From a virus (Duplodnaviria > Caudoviricetes), in IMG/VR virus record IMGVR_UViG_3300033141_004964, positions 1 through 34,221 of that record: DNA of 34,221 nt, one strand, 5' to 3'. Every line of letters begins with the position of its first letter. Positions within the stretch are counted from its first letter, which is position 1. The translations under genes were made by a program, and so were the position numbers. A model generated the notes under the pieces. It made no database searches, had not been told where the DNA came from, and saw only the letters and a program-made list of their open reading frames with translations. Positions 25,656 through 34,221 of the stretch are shown piece after piece.

Positions 25656-27008
25656 TCACGCCTTCGCCTCCTCCGCCCCGGCTTCCACAGGAGCGGGGGT
25701 TCCTTCTTCGGCACTGTCCGCCGCGATCCGCTCAGCCTTCCTTCCCGTGAACTGTTCCCAGCGCTGCACGATCACGTCGCAGTACAACGGGTCAAGTTCC
25801 ATCAGGTACGCCTTGCGGCCGGTCTGCTCGGCCGCGATCAGCGTGCTGCCCGAGCCGCCGAACAGGTCCAGGACGTTCTCGCCGGTCAATGACGAATACT
25901 GCATCGCGCGGACGGCCAACTCGACGGGCTTCTCGGTCAGGTGAATCATCGATTGCGGGTTGATCTTCTTGACGGACCAGACATCGGAGACGTTCGCCGG
26001 ACCGTGGAAGACGTGAGCCGCTCCCTCCCGCCAGCCGTAGAAGCACCACTCGTGGTTGCCCATGAAATCCTTGCGCGTCAGGACCGGATGCTCCTTGACC
26101 CAGATGATCATCTGGCTGAAGTACAATTCGCAGTCCTTCAGCGCGTTGGGGTAATTCCAGATATTCGAATAGCCTCCCCAGATGTAATAGGCCCGTCCCG
26201 GCAGCAGCGTCCGTTGGATGTTGCCGAACCATGCGCGAAGCAGACGCGCGAACTGCTCGTCCGAGATGAAGTCGTTGGCCAGCGGCCGATCCTTGGGCCG
26301 CATCTTGTCGGTGGTCGCGTGGGCCTCGCCTCGGAGCTTGGCGTCCATGCCCTGCTGGCCGGTGTATTGTTTCGCGGCCCTGGCAGTAGCCACGGCATTG
26401 TTGCTGCGCGGGGCCAGGGAGACATTGTACGGAGGATCGGTATTGACCAGATGCACCGGCTGCCCGTCGATGAGGCGGTCGACATCTTCGCCTTTACCGC
26501 TGTCGCCGCAGAGCAGTCGATGATCGCCGAGGATGTACAGGTCGCCCGGGCGCGTGATCGCCTCGTCCGGTGGCGCGGGCACGTCGTCCGGATCGCATTG
26601 GCCGTCCTGAACGCCACCGTCGAGCATCTTGGCCAACGCGTCGGGGTCGAAGCCCAGCAGATCGAGGTTGTAGTCCGCAGCTTGGAGGTCCTTCAACTCG
26701 ATGGGCAGCAGTTCGTAGTCCCACTCGGCCAGCGTATTCGTCTGGTTATCGGCGATGCGATACGCCTTGATCTGTTCCGGCGTCAGGTCTCTGGCGACGT
26801 GGACCGGCACCTTGGCCAAGGCCAGTTTCTTCGCCGCCTTCCATCGCGTGTGGCCGACGATGATCACGTTGTGCTCGTCGACCACGATAGGCTGGCGGAA
26901 TCCGAACTCGCGCAGGGACGCCGCCACGGCGTCCACGGCCTGGTCGTTGATACGGGGGTTGGCCTCGTAGGGCCGAATGTCGTCGATGTTCATCAGCTTG
27001 ACATCCAT
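25656..27008 (-). CDS. ParB-N domain fused to N4/N6 DNA methyltransferase (beta class)
   Basis: PYEANPR...FGFRQPIVVD...GHTR ParB domain; motif IV TDPPYN precedes motif I LDLFGGSGST. Start at ATG 27008 with GGAG RBS. Confidence 0.92.
   Translation of the reverse strand: MDVKLMNIDDIRPYEANPRINDQAVDAVAASLREFGFRQPIVVDEHNVIIVGHTRWKAAKKLALAKVPVHVARDLTPEQIKAYRIADNQTNTLAEWDYELLPIELKDLQAADYNLDLLGFDPDALAKMLDGGVQDGQCDPDDVPAPPDEAITRPGDLYILGDHRLLCGDSGKGEDVDRLIDGQPVHLVNTDPPYNVSLAPRSNNAVATARAAKQYTGQQGMDAKLRGEAHATTDKMRPKDRPLANDFISDEQFARLLRAWFGNIQRTLLPGRAYYIWGGYSNIWNYPNALKDCELYFSQMIIWVKEHPVLTRKDFMGNHEWCFYGWREGAAHVFHGPANVSDVWSVKKINPQSMIHLTEKPVELAVRAMQYSSLTGENVLDLFGGSGSTLIAAEQTGRKAYLMELDPLYCDVIVQRWEQFTGRKAERIAADSAEEGTPAPVEAGAEEAKA
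25676..25709 (+). terminator. Candidate intrinsic terminator for the plus-strand cassette
   Basis: Imperfect GC hairpin CCCCGGCTTCC-ACA-GGAGCGGGGG followed by TTCCTTCTT, ~30 nt after the stop. Confidence 0.4.
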
Positions 27009-27064
27009 GTCATCATCTCCTGATCTGGGGTGTTCGCTATCGGCAACAAACAAAAACATGGCGC

Positions 27065-27112
27065 GCGACTGTTCCCGTCGCAGTCACCCGCCAAAATGGC
27101 GGTGAAGGAACC
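27065..27112 (-). other. Candidate cos / packaging initiation site
   Basis: GGTTCCT (lambda cosQ is GGGTCCT) followed by a hairpin and a GCGAC-N7-GTCGC dyad, upstream of the MTase/terminase genes. Confidence 0.35.
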
Positions 27113-27341
27113 GTGCCGCGCGCTTCCTTCACCTTACTTCCTTCACCCCCCGTCTCACGTACACGCGAGGGGGTAAATACACGTGCGCGAGGGCGTAGGG
27201 GTGAAGTAGGGAAGTAAGTACGTAAGTTGTTGTTCTTACTACACATCTTTCTTCACCCTTCCTTCACCTTCCTTCACCATACTTCACCCCCAAACGTCCG
27301 TTTCGAGGGGGCTTCCTTGACTTCCTTCACCTTTCTTCACC
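27101..27341. repeat. CTTCACC iteron-like array (candidate replication origin)
   Basis: Eight forward copies (27127, 27141, 27251, 27262, 27272, 27282, 27325, 27335) and two inverted copies (27101, 27200), at and just beyond the Prim-Pol stop. Confidence 0.7.
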
Positions 27342-29444
27342 CCCGGATATCAGGCGGTAGACGATCCCGGTCCGTCCGGTCGTCTGGACCTGGGCGGCCG
27401 TCACATCGCCGCGCTGTACCAGGGTTTCGATCAAGTCCCGAAAGTCCCTGGCCTTGGTCTTCATCCGCTTAAGCAGCACTTGGTGGGACAGCTGCCCGCC
27501 CGGCGCGTTTCGCAGTTTCTCCATCACCTTGAGGCACTCGGCGTGAAAGGGATTGTCCGCCACGTGGGCCTGGGCCATGAACAGCATGCGACGCGTCTGG
27601 TGCATGACGAACCGCGACGCCCAGCGGGCGGAGGCGACCTCGATGCACGGCGAGCGGTGGTTGGCGCTGACGGCGTGCAGCAGCGCCAGCTTGCGGACCT
27701 GTTCGCTGACCCGACCCCAGACGGTCGTGCCCACCGGATCGCTGCGGGCCTCGGCCCGGGCGTATTCGGTCTCGGCCTCCTCGCGGGTTTCGACCAGAAC
27801 ACCCAGCGCCTCGGCGGTCTGTTCGATCACGGCCGGGACCGGATGCCAGTCGGTGAGGTTGCCGGTGCCAGGCCGGTAGTCGGCCCACCATTTCGCCGTT
27901 GCCAGAACGCGGGGCGGCAGCTCGACGATCCTCGGCTCCTGGCCCTTGCATCGCCTGCCGGCTTCGAGAATCACCATGCGGGCGAAGAACCCATTGGTCA
28001 GCATCCGCTCGGACAGCGCCTGGTAGTAGTGGTTCGGGATCGCCGTGCCGAAGATGACCAGGTTGGGCTGGTCGATGACGCCCGGGGACTGCTTGCCCGC
28101 CTTGCGGCGCATGGGAAAGACGCTGTTGGCCGACGAGTACATCGTCAGCAACGTGCTCATTGCGTTCTCGTGACGGGCGTCCTTGGCCTTGTTGATCGAC
28201 TGGAGCATCCCGTCGATCTCATCGGTCTGAAAGAGCATGCACGGATTGATGAACAGCGCATCCTGCACGCCCTCGCCGGAGGCGAACTTATCACCCAGAC
28301 AATCCGACAAACCGACCTCGTGGACGATGCGGGTATTGACCTTGCGGGGCCAGTCCTTGCCAGCCGCCGAGTGCGCCAACCCCAGCAGGTAGATGTTCGT
28401 GCGGTTGTCGCCGCCGTCGCGGACCTTGCGCCCGGCGAGGAAAGCCTGTAACGCCAGCGCGCCGCAGAACGCGATCACCGGGTTGGGATACGGGGCGGTC
28501 GCCAGACTGTAATCCATGACCTCCCCGACGAACCCGGGCACGCGGAGCAGTTCGTCCGGCATGGGTCCGGGGTCCTCGATCATGGGCGTTTCGGCGTCGC
28601 CGGGCGGGCCGAAGATCTGCTCGTAGTGGTTCTCCACCAGCGCCACCGAGACCGCGTCCGGTTCGTACCGCGCGATGCTGGCGGCGATTCTATCGACCTC
28701 GCCTTCGCCCAGCGGCGGGTCGCACCGTCTCCGGTTCGCCTGCCGGAGGGCCGCGGCGATCTCGCCGGCGGACATGCCCATGCGGCGCATCCCGCCGCCC
28801 AGTCGCGCCAAGGTCGCGTTCCGTTGACCGGTCGGAATCTTGCCCGATCCGTCGCCGGATGTCGCGCCCTGCGCCAACGTGGCGCGACCTGACGCGGATT
28901 CGGCGATCCGGTCGAGCCGCTCGACGAGCCAGTCCGGCGGTTCGGGAAGCTGCTCGGGCGGAACGTCCAGTTCCAGCGTCGGCTGCCACCGGTAGGCCCG
29001 CCCGTCTTCGCGGATCGAGGGGGGCACGACGATGTAGCCGCCGTCGGTGCGGGTATCGACTTTCGGGGCGAGCTTGCCCTCGGTGCAGCGCCACGCCTTG
29101 CCCGGCGGCCGACAGAATAGGTGATGTTGGCCGCCCCGGGGTGTGATCGACATGGGCGCTACCGCCAGGTCGAGTTGCTTTTCCGGCTCGTCGCTTAGCC
29201 ACGGGTTTGGCTCGCCGTCCACCACGTCAGCGTCCACAGCCAGCATGCCCTGTGTGGGCATCCCGATGTTGGCGCGAGGATGCCGTCGCCACCAGGCCTC
29301 GATCTTTGTCGGATCGGTCGTGGCGTCCAGGAACCCGCGGGTCGTCAGCGGCACCTTGCCGCCCGGCGCGCAGGGAAAGACCGCGTAGCCCAGTTCGGCA
29401 TACGCCAGCGCCGCATCCAGCAGGATGTTCTGCTTGTCGCCCAT
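27327..29444 (-). CDS. Bifunctional primase/polymerase with PriCT and DUF3987-like helicase domain
   Basis: AALAYAELGYAVFPC, ANIG, DAD, TPRGGQH, GGYIVVPPS; GQRNATL (PriCT); AHSAAGKD Walker A, DEID. Confidence 0.9.
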   Translation of the reverse strand: MGDKQNILLDAALAYAELGYAVFPCAPGGKVPLTTRGFLDATTDPTKIEAWWRRHPRANIGMPTQGMLAVDADVVDGEPNPWLSDEPEKQLDLAVAPMSITPRGGQHHLFCRPPGKAWRCTEGKLAPKVDTRTDGGYIVVPPSIREDGRAYRWQPTLELDVPPEQLPEPPDWLVERLDRIAESASGRATLAQGATSGDGSGKIPTGQRNATLARLGGGMRRMGMSAGEIAAALRQANRRRCDPPLGEGEVDRIAASIARYEPDAVSVALVENHYEQIFGPPGDAETPMIEDPGPMPDELLRVPGFVGEVMDYSLATAPYPNPVIAFCGALALQAFLAGRKVRDGGDNRTNIYLLGLAHSAAGKDWPRKVNTRIVHEVGLSDCLGDKFASGEGVQDALFINPCMLFQTDEIDGMLQSINKAKDARHENAMSTLLTMYSSANSVFPMRRKAGKQSPGVIDQPNLVIFGTAIPNHYYQALSERMLTNGFFARMVILEAGRRCKGQEPRIVELPPRVLATAKWWADYRPGTGNLTDWHPVPAVIEQTAEALGVLVETREEAETEYARAEARSDPVGTTVWGRVSEQVRKLALLHAVSANHRSPCIEVASARWASRFVMHQTRRMLFMAQAHVADNPFHAECLKVMEKLRNAPGGQLSHQVLLKRMKTKARDFRDLIETLVQRGDVTAAQVQTTGRTGIVYRLISGGEER

Positions 29445-31153
29445 CAGAAGGGAATCTCATCCTCCGTGTAGACGTATTCAGGTTCGTCCGCAGCCAAGTC
29501 ACCGCCCGTGACGGGCGTGGGCTTCTCGCCAAGGGTGTGTGCGACGATGCGGTCGTATTTCTCGCCGGTCACGCTGCGGACGGTGATCGAGCGTGCGGGC
29601 GCGAGGCTTCCGGCCTCGGCCAGCTCGACGGCCTGCTCGGCCGTGCCGGGCACCGGATCATCGCTGCGCTTTCGCCACCACGCCTCGGCTTTGGCGCTGG
29701 CGTAGCCGGTGTGCTCGAAGCAGACCCATTCGGAGAAGTACTGCTGCCAGCCCACCTGATACTCCACGCGCATGCTGCGCGGATGATCCGGCTCGGCGTC
29801 GCGCTTGACGTGAACGCTGTAATACGTGTCACGAACGTCGTATTCGGTATCGGTAGCCTGGCCGGAGAGAATCCCGTCCGAGGACGCCGTGGCGTCGTGC
29901 CTCGTGCGTCGCGGCGGTGGAAACTCATAGCCGCATTCGGGACAGACGGCGTAGGCGGCGTGGATGAGGGCCTGACATTCGGGACACTCCTTGGCGGGGG
30001 CTTCTCCGTTGCCCTTTTCCGGTTCGGTGATGCGGATCGCGTCGACCGGGCCGTGACGCAGGACATTGCCGCCGAAGTCCAGGACCAGACAGTCGGCCTT
30101 GCCCTCGCAGAGGCGAAATCCACGACCGACCATCTGGTAGTAGAGTCCCGGCGACATCGTCGGGCGCAGCATTGCCACACAGTCGGTGTTCGGCGCATCG
30201 AAGCCGGTGGTCAGCACGTTGACGTTGCAGAGGTATTTCAGAGGCTTGGTCTCGCCGAACAACTCGCGCCCGCCCTGATGTTTGAACCGTGCGATCAATG
30301 CGTCGCGCTGGGCCGCCGGGGTCTCGCCGGTGACGAATCCACACTCGACGCCGTGCTCGCGCCGAAGAATCTCCACGACATGCCGACCGTGGGCGATTCC
30401 GGCCGCGAAGATCAGGACGGAGCGACGGTCCTGTGTCTGATCAACGATCTCGGCGCAAGCGCTGCGCACCAGCGAGTCCTGATCCATCAGGTCCTCGACC
30501 TCGGAAGCGATGAACTCGCCGCCTCGGATGTGCAGGTCCGACGTGTCGGCCTTGGCTGCGCCCGCCTTGGTCCGCAGCGGACAGAGGTAGCCGTCGCGGA
30601 TCAGTTCCTTCACGCCAACGTCGTAACAGACGTGATTCAGGAAATGGTCGTCCCGGCAGATCATCCCGGACGTCATGCGAAACGGTGTGGCCGTCAGGCC
30701 GATCACGTGCAGGCGCGGGTTGACGACCTTCGCTTCGGCCAAAAAGGTCCGGTACATCCCGTCGCCCTCGGGCGGGATCATGTGGGCCTCGTCGATGATG
30801 ACCAGGTCGAAGGCTTGGAGATCGACCGCTCGGCGGTATACGCTCTGAATCCCGGCCACGATGACCGGATGCTCGGTGTCGCGGCGTTTCAGGCCCGCCG
30901 AATAGAGGCCGACGTGCAGTTGCGGGACCATACGGTCCAGCGTGCCGGCCGTCTGGGCCAGCAATTCCTTCACGTGCGCGAGTACCAGGACGCGGCCGTC
31001 CCAACGCGAAACGGCGTCATCGCAGAGCGTCGCCATCACCGGCGTCTTTCCGCCGCCGGTGGGGATCACGACCACGGGGTTGTCGTCGCGCTCCCGCAGG
31101 TGACCGTAGACGGCGGCCACGGCCTCACATTGATATGGTCGCAGTGTCAGCAT
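29444..31153 (-). CDS. SF2 DEAD/DEAH helicase with zinc finger (RadD/YejH-like)
   Basis: LRPYQ, PTGGGKT, DEAH, TAT, TTGFD, QMVGRG, CPEC...CPEC. Confidence 0.92.
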   Translation of the reverse strand: MLTLRPYQCEAVAAVYGHLRERDDNPVVVIPTGGGKTPVMATLCDDAVSRWDGRVLVLAHVKELLAQTAGTLDRMVPQLHVGLYSAGLKRRDTEHPVIVAGIQSVYRRAVDLQAFDLVIIDEAHMIPPEGDGMYRTFLAEAKVVNPRLHVIGLTATPFRMTSGMICRDDHFLNHVCYDVGVKELIRDGYLCPLRTKAGAAKADTSDLHIRGGEFIASEVEDLMDQDSLVRSACAEIVDQTQDRRSVLIFAAGIAHGRHVVEILRREHGVECGFVTGETPAAQRDALIARFKHQGGRELFGETKPLKYLCNVNVLTTGFDAPNTDCVAMLRPTMSPGLYYQMVGRGFRLCEGKADCLVLDFGGNVLRHGPVDAIRITEPEKGNGEAPAKECPECQALIHAAYAVCPECGYEFPPPRRTRHDATASSDGILSGQATDTEYDVRDTYYSVHVKRDAEPDHPRSMRVEYQVGWQQYFSEWVCFEHTGYASAKAEAWWRKRSDDPVPGTAEQAVELAEAGSLAPARSITVRSVTGEKYDRIVAHTLGEKPTPVTGGDLAADEPEYVYTEDEIPF

Positions 31154-31409
31154 GCTTCCTCTGTTGGCGTTGTCGATTGCGGTGCCATTCGTGAACGAGC
31201 TCCCGGTCGCGGATGGGCTGACACGAGGCGACCAGAGCCTTGGCGAACCGCAGCGTCAGGTCCATCTCGGCTGCGAAGGTCTTGGCGTAATACACGCGGA
31301 ACGACCACAGCCGGAACTTGCCCTCGATGGAGGGCCAGTCCTCAGTTGTTGCGGTATTCGCCTCCGCACAGGGGGCATCGTGTAAGCGGCAGTTGTTCAA
31401 GTCGCGCAT
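31125..31409 (-). CDS. Possible small hypothetical protein
   Basis: Fills the rusA-helicase gap but overlaps both; start unclear. Confidence 0.3.
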   Translation of the reverse strand: MRDLNNCRLHDAPCAEANTATTEDWPSIEGKFRLWSFRVYYAKTFAAEMDLTLRFAKALVASCQPIRDRELVHEWHRNRQRQQRKHADTATISM

Positions 31410-31746
31410 GCAATCGGCCTCCGTCCGTTCGCTGCTTCCTTCGCGTGATCAGAAGGTCGATCTGGCTGTCGTCGGCGTAGACGCCCGCGTGTTCGAGCGC
31501 GTCGAGCACGGGCTTTTGAATGTTGTCCAGATCGCGCCTGCGCCGATCCGGCGGATAGGCGTCCATGCACAACGCGATGCGCCCGCCCGACGGTGGTTTG
31601 CGTGGACCGTTGCCGCTACTGGCCGCCAACAGGGCGCAGACGGCCTTGCGGTACGCACGCCCCTGGCGGCTCAGCAGCATCCGGCCGTTGACCATGCGCC
31701 ACGTGCGGTTGACCGACGGCGGGTACGGCAGGCAAAGATCAAGCAT
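31342..31746 (-). CDS. rusA: RusA family Holliday junction resolvase
   Basis: LPYPPSVN, PPDRRRRDLDNIQK, DAL...DDSQID. Start at ATG 31746. Confidence 0.92.
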   Translation of the reverse strand: MLDLCLPYPPSVNRTWRMVNGRMLLSRQGRAYRKAVCALLAASSGNGPRKPPSGGRIALCMDAYPPDRRRRDLDNIQKPVLDALEHAGVYADDSQIDLLITRRKQRTDGGRLHARLEQLPLTRCPLCGGEYRNN

Positions 31747-32098
31747 GTGCCGGTTCCGCCGATGATTCGATGCGACGGCCGTGGGCGATGCGGCGGACGT
31801 CCTGATCGAGCTTGATGTCCAGGGCGTCGGCGATCTCCAACACGGCTCGGGCCAAGATGCGCGAGACGTGCCTGCGCGACGCGCGCGAGCCCCCACAGAC
31901 GCGGCGCGGCGTCCAGGTCATCTCGCAGGCGTCGGCGACGGTGCGGATATTGTTCTCCGAACAGGCAAATCCCAGTTCCCCGCCCGCCTGCCGGGCGACC
32001 GCCGCATAGCTCGGCCGCTCGGCGCGGATTTGCTCGCTGTGGGCCTTGATATAGTCTGCCAGAGCGAACAGCTGCCTGTGCGTCATCTGGTTACGCAT
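31739..32098 (-). CDS. Hypothetical HTH-like protein (119 aa)
   Basis: GGAGG RBS; SYAAVARQAGGELGFACSENNIR HTH-like segment. Confidence 0.6.
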   Translation of the reverse strand: MRNQMTHRQLFALADYIKAHSEQIRAERPSYAAVARQAGGELGFACSENNIRTVADACEMTWTPRRVCGGSRASRRHVSRILARAVLEIADALDIKLDQDVRRIAHGRRIESSAEPAHA

Positions 32099-32110
32099 GC
32101 GTCGGCCTCC

Positions 32111-32566
32111 TCAGGTCCGCGCCCAGGGCGGGGTGTCGGTTGTCGCCTGCTGCGGCTGGCCGGAGGCGGCTTCCTTCTTCTCGAAGCCTTTGATCTCGTT
32201 GGTCAGTTCGCCGTTGTCGTTGCGCTTCTTCACGCGGACGTTGATTTGAAGCGGCAGGTTATGCAGTTCGACACTGTCCTTGGGCTGCATCACGCCGACC
32301 GCCCGGCAGATGGCCGACAACTCGGCCCGTGCGATCTGCACCGTCGTGGCGTTGGGGTTATCGAGGTTCAGCCGCGCCCAGAGGATGCGGCCCTTGCAGG
32401 GGCCTTCGAGTACCTGGAACGAAAGCTCCAGGTAGTTGCCGACGCCGCTCTTGGTGGCCTTCATCTCCGAGGCGATAATGGCGGCCAGGTATTTGCCCGC
32501 CGGGATCGGCTCAAATGCGACGGCCGGGTCCACTTCGTTTGCGTTGAATCCCTGTAGGTTAGCCAT
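32111..32566 (-). CDS. DUF669 single-stranded DNA-binding protein
   Basis: FEPIPAGKY...YLELSFQVLEG...NEIKGF, PPW tail. Start at ATG 32566. Confidence 0.85.
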   Translation of the reverse strand: MANLQGFNANEVDPAVAFEPIPAGKYLAAIIASEMKATKSGVGNYLELSFQVLEGPCKGRILWARLNLDNPNATTVQIARAELSAICRAVGVMQPKDSVELHNLPLQINVRVKKRNDNGELTNEIKGFEKKEAASGQPQQATTDTPPWART

Positions 32567-33326
32567 TGGGTTTGTCTCCTTGGTTCGTGGTTGCGGTGAC
32601 GAATCGCGCGTAGGCGCTGTAATCCAGGGGAAGTTCATCCGGCAGATTTAGCCGGTTCTTGGCAACGTGAGCCGGGCGCTCGGTGGTGTAGATGACGCGT
32701 TCGCCGTCGCCGACGGCGCGGGTCTTCTTGCGGTTGAAGCCCTCGTCGCTCTGACGGGTGTAGACCTTGTAGGTGGCGAACAACACCTCGTCGCACCACT
32801 CGGTCACCACGGCCGAGGCGTGTTTGTGCAGGCGCGGGGCGTAGCGGTCGTAGGCCTCGTTGGCCGGATCGTCGAACTTGGCGATCATGCTGTGCGCCAC
32901 CAGCAGCACCGTCATGCCCCGCTCGCGACGCAACGCGTCCAGTCCGGCCAGGACGTCGCGCCAGTGGTTCAGCGCGAAGACGTAGCCCTTCTGGTAGCCG
33001 ATGTCCTCGATGCTCTCGACCATCTTCCGCCGGCAGACCTCGGCCCAGATCATCCGTTCCAGCCAGTCCAGCGTGTCGATCACCACGGTGCGGTAATCGT
33101 GCTTCTCGCGGTAGAGCGTCGACAGCGCCTTGATCACGTCATCGAAGCCGGAGGCCAACGGGAACTTGTCGCAGTCGATCTGTCCCAGGCCATCTTCGGT
33201 CTGGATGAAGATGGGTTTGTCGCTGTCGGCGGCGAACCGGCTCTTGCCGATCCCCGGCGTACCGTACAGCATCATTCGCCGGGGCGCGGTCGTCTTGCCG
33301 CGCTGAATCTGGTCCATGAGTGTCAT
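32559..33326 (-). CDS. AAA_24 ATPase (Sak4-like recombinase)
   Basis: YGTPGIGKS, TVVIDT, VAH, EWCD, AKNR. Confidence 0.88.
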   Translation of the reverse strand: MTLMDQIQRGKTTAPRRMMLYGTPGIGKSRFAADSDKPIFIQTEDGLGQIDCDKFPLASGFDDVIKALSTLYREKHDYRTVVIDTLDWLERMIWAEVCRRKMVESIEDIGYQKGYVFALNHWRDVLAGLDALRRERGMTVLLVAHSMIAKFDDPANEAYDRYAPRLHKHASAVVTEWCDEVLFATYKVYTRQSDEGFNRKKTRAVGDGERVIYTTERPAHVAKNRLNLPDELPLDYSAYARFVTATTNQGDKPNG

Positions 33327-33348
33327 GTGCGTCCTTTCCGGTTTGGGG

Positions 33349-34218
33349 TTAGAGGTAATCGAGGGTTCGCAAGTCCTCGTATCCGGTCGGCCAGTGGTTT
33401 GCGGCGATGCAGCGGGCCAGATGCTCCATCGCCTGCTCGTTTTCCTTCTGCGCTGCGGCCAGCACGTCCTGGGCGACGGCCCAGACGCCGGTGCGATGGG
33501 GCTCGCGCTTCTCGACGCCGATGATGAAGACCGGAACCAGCACGCCGGTGGCCTGAAAGATCAGGGCGCGATAGAACGCCATCTGATGCAGATAGCCGAA
33601 GCCGCGGGATTCACCCTCGAACCACGTGAGGTGATCGCAGGTTTTCAGGTCCACCAGCCCGCGCGAGGGATTCACCCAATCCAGCCGCCCCTGGCAGTCC
33701 ATGCCCATGTACGACGTGCGAACGACGCCTTCGGCACGCCCGTCGGTCAACAGATCGACGGCAAGCTTGTGCGTGTACACCGACTCGTTGAGCTTCTCGA
33801 TCAGCGCGGAGTCATCGTTGGTGATGACCGGCTTGCCCTGGGCCTCGGCCCATTGCTCGAATGCCTTGGTGTAGCGACCGAAGGGCTGGCCGGTCTTGGG
33901 GTTGACCGGACCTCCGACGGCGTATTGCTGGCCGAAGCGATCACGCCCTTCCAGAATCAGCGAGTGCGCCGCCCGTCCCAGCAGAAACGCTGGGCGGTCC
34001 TGTTCGGCGACCAAGCCGAGTTTCTTCTTGTGGTACAGGTACGGATCGCGCCGAAAGTCGGCCAACTCGTGGCTGGTCAAATGGTCATCGGCGCGTTGGC
34101 GATAGGTTTCGTCGGGTTCCTCTACGAGAAATGAGAGGTCTTTCAGTACGGTCATGGATCGGCGGTCCTTTCCGTTGTCACCAGGACAAAAGCGGTCCAG
34201 GATCGATGCGTATTTCAT
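33349..34218 (-). CDS. PD-(D/E)XK exonuclease (DUF3799 / RecE-C-like)
   Basis: GRAAHSLILE, GRLDW, DLKT, YLHQMAFY, IGVEK; alternative start at 34155. Confidence 0.88.
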   Translation of the reverse strand: MKYASILDRFCPGDNGKDRRSMTVLKDLSFLVEEPDETYRQRADDHLTSHELADFRRDPYLYHKKKLGLVAEQDRPAFLLGRAAHSLILEGRDRFGQQYAVGGPVNPKTGQPFGRYTKAFEQWAEAQGKPVITNDDSALIEKLNESVYTHKLAVDLLTDGRAEGVVRTSYMGMDCQGRLDWVNPSRGLVDLKTCDHLTWFEGESRGFGYLHQMAFYRALIFQATGVLVPVFIIGVEKREPHRTGVWAVAQDVLAAAQKENEQAMEHLARCIAANHWPTGYEDLRTLDYL

Positions 34219-34221
34219 GTG

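Larger units (their letters stand above)
7246..34221 (-). mobile_element. Lambdoid siphovirus-type prophage (Planctomycetota-like), truncated at the right window edge
   Basis: Contiguous replication, packaging, head and tail genes with many ATGA/TGATG/TAATG overlaps; no sheath or baseplate-wedge genes recognised; no integrase or att visible. Confidence 0.92.

Noticed and set aside
24289-25659. 456-aa minus-strand ORF
   Set aside because: Shadow of four plus-strand genes that have RBSs and a recognisable HARE-HTH domain.
27101-27341. CRISPR array
   Set aside because: Repeats are only 7-11 bp, irregularly spaced, in both orientations, with no spacer-sized units or cas genes.
29207-31480. 757-aa plus-strand ORF
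   Set aside because: Antisense shadow of the helicase gene.

Overview
Two blocks, both mostly on the minus strand. (1) ~7.25-34.2 kb is a GC-rich (by eye ~65%) lambdoid, sipho-type prophage segment resembling Planctomycetota prophages. In reading order it carries recombination/replication genes (DUF3799 exonuclease, AAA_24/Sak4, DUF669 SSB, RusA, SF2 helicase, Prim-Pol), a repeat-rich ori/cos-like spacer, a ParB-methyltransferase and an opposite-strand 4-gene cassette. Then come terminases, portal, fused protease-capsid, neck and tail genes with a probable G/GT -1 frameshift, holin/spanin-like genes without a visible endolysin, an opposite-strand HhH-GPD-like moron, tape measure and Cys-rich tail-tip genes. 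(2) ~0.2-6.8 kb is a lower-GC (by eye ~50-55%) operon with its own TTGACA-N17-TAGAGT promoter. It encodes a secreted helical-repeat protein, a degenerate radical-SAM/SPASM protein, an intact radical-SAM/SPASM enzyme, a Tat-exported 24-Cys repeat peptide and a Tat-exported beta-propeller. This operon is the best candidate for an undescribed system: a ranthipeptide-like, Tat-exported, post-translationally crosslinked protein built by an enzyme/pseudo-enzyme pair. Calls rest on motif recognition by eye; no searches were run. Several starts were re-assigned from stop/start overlaps and RBS positions.
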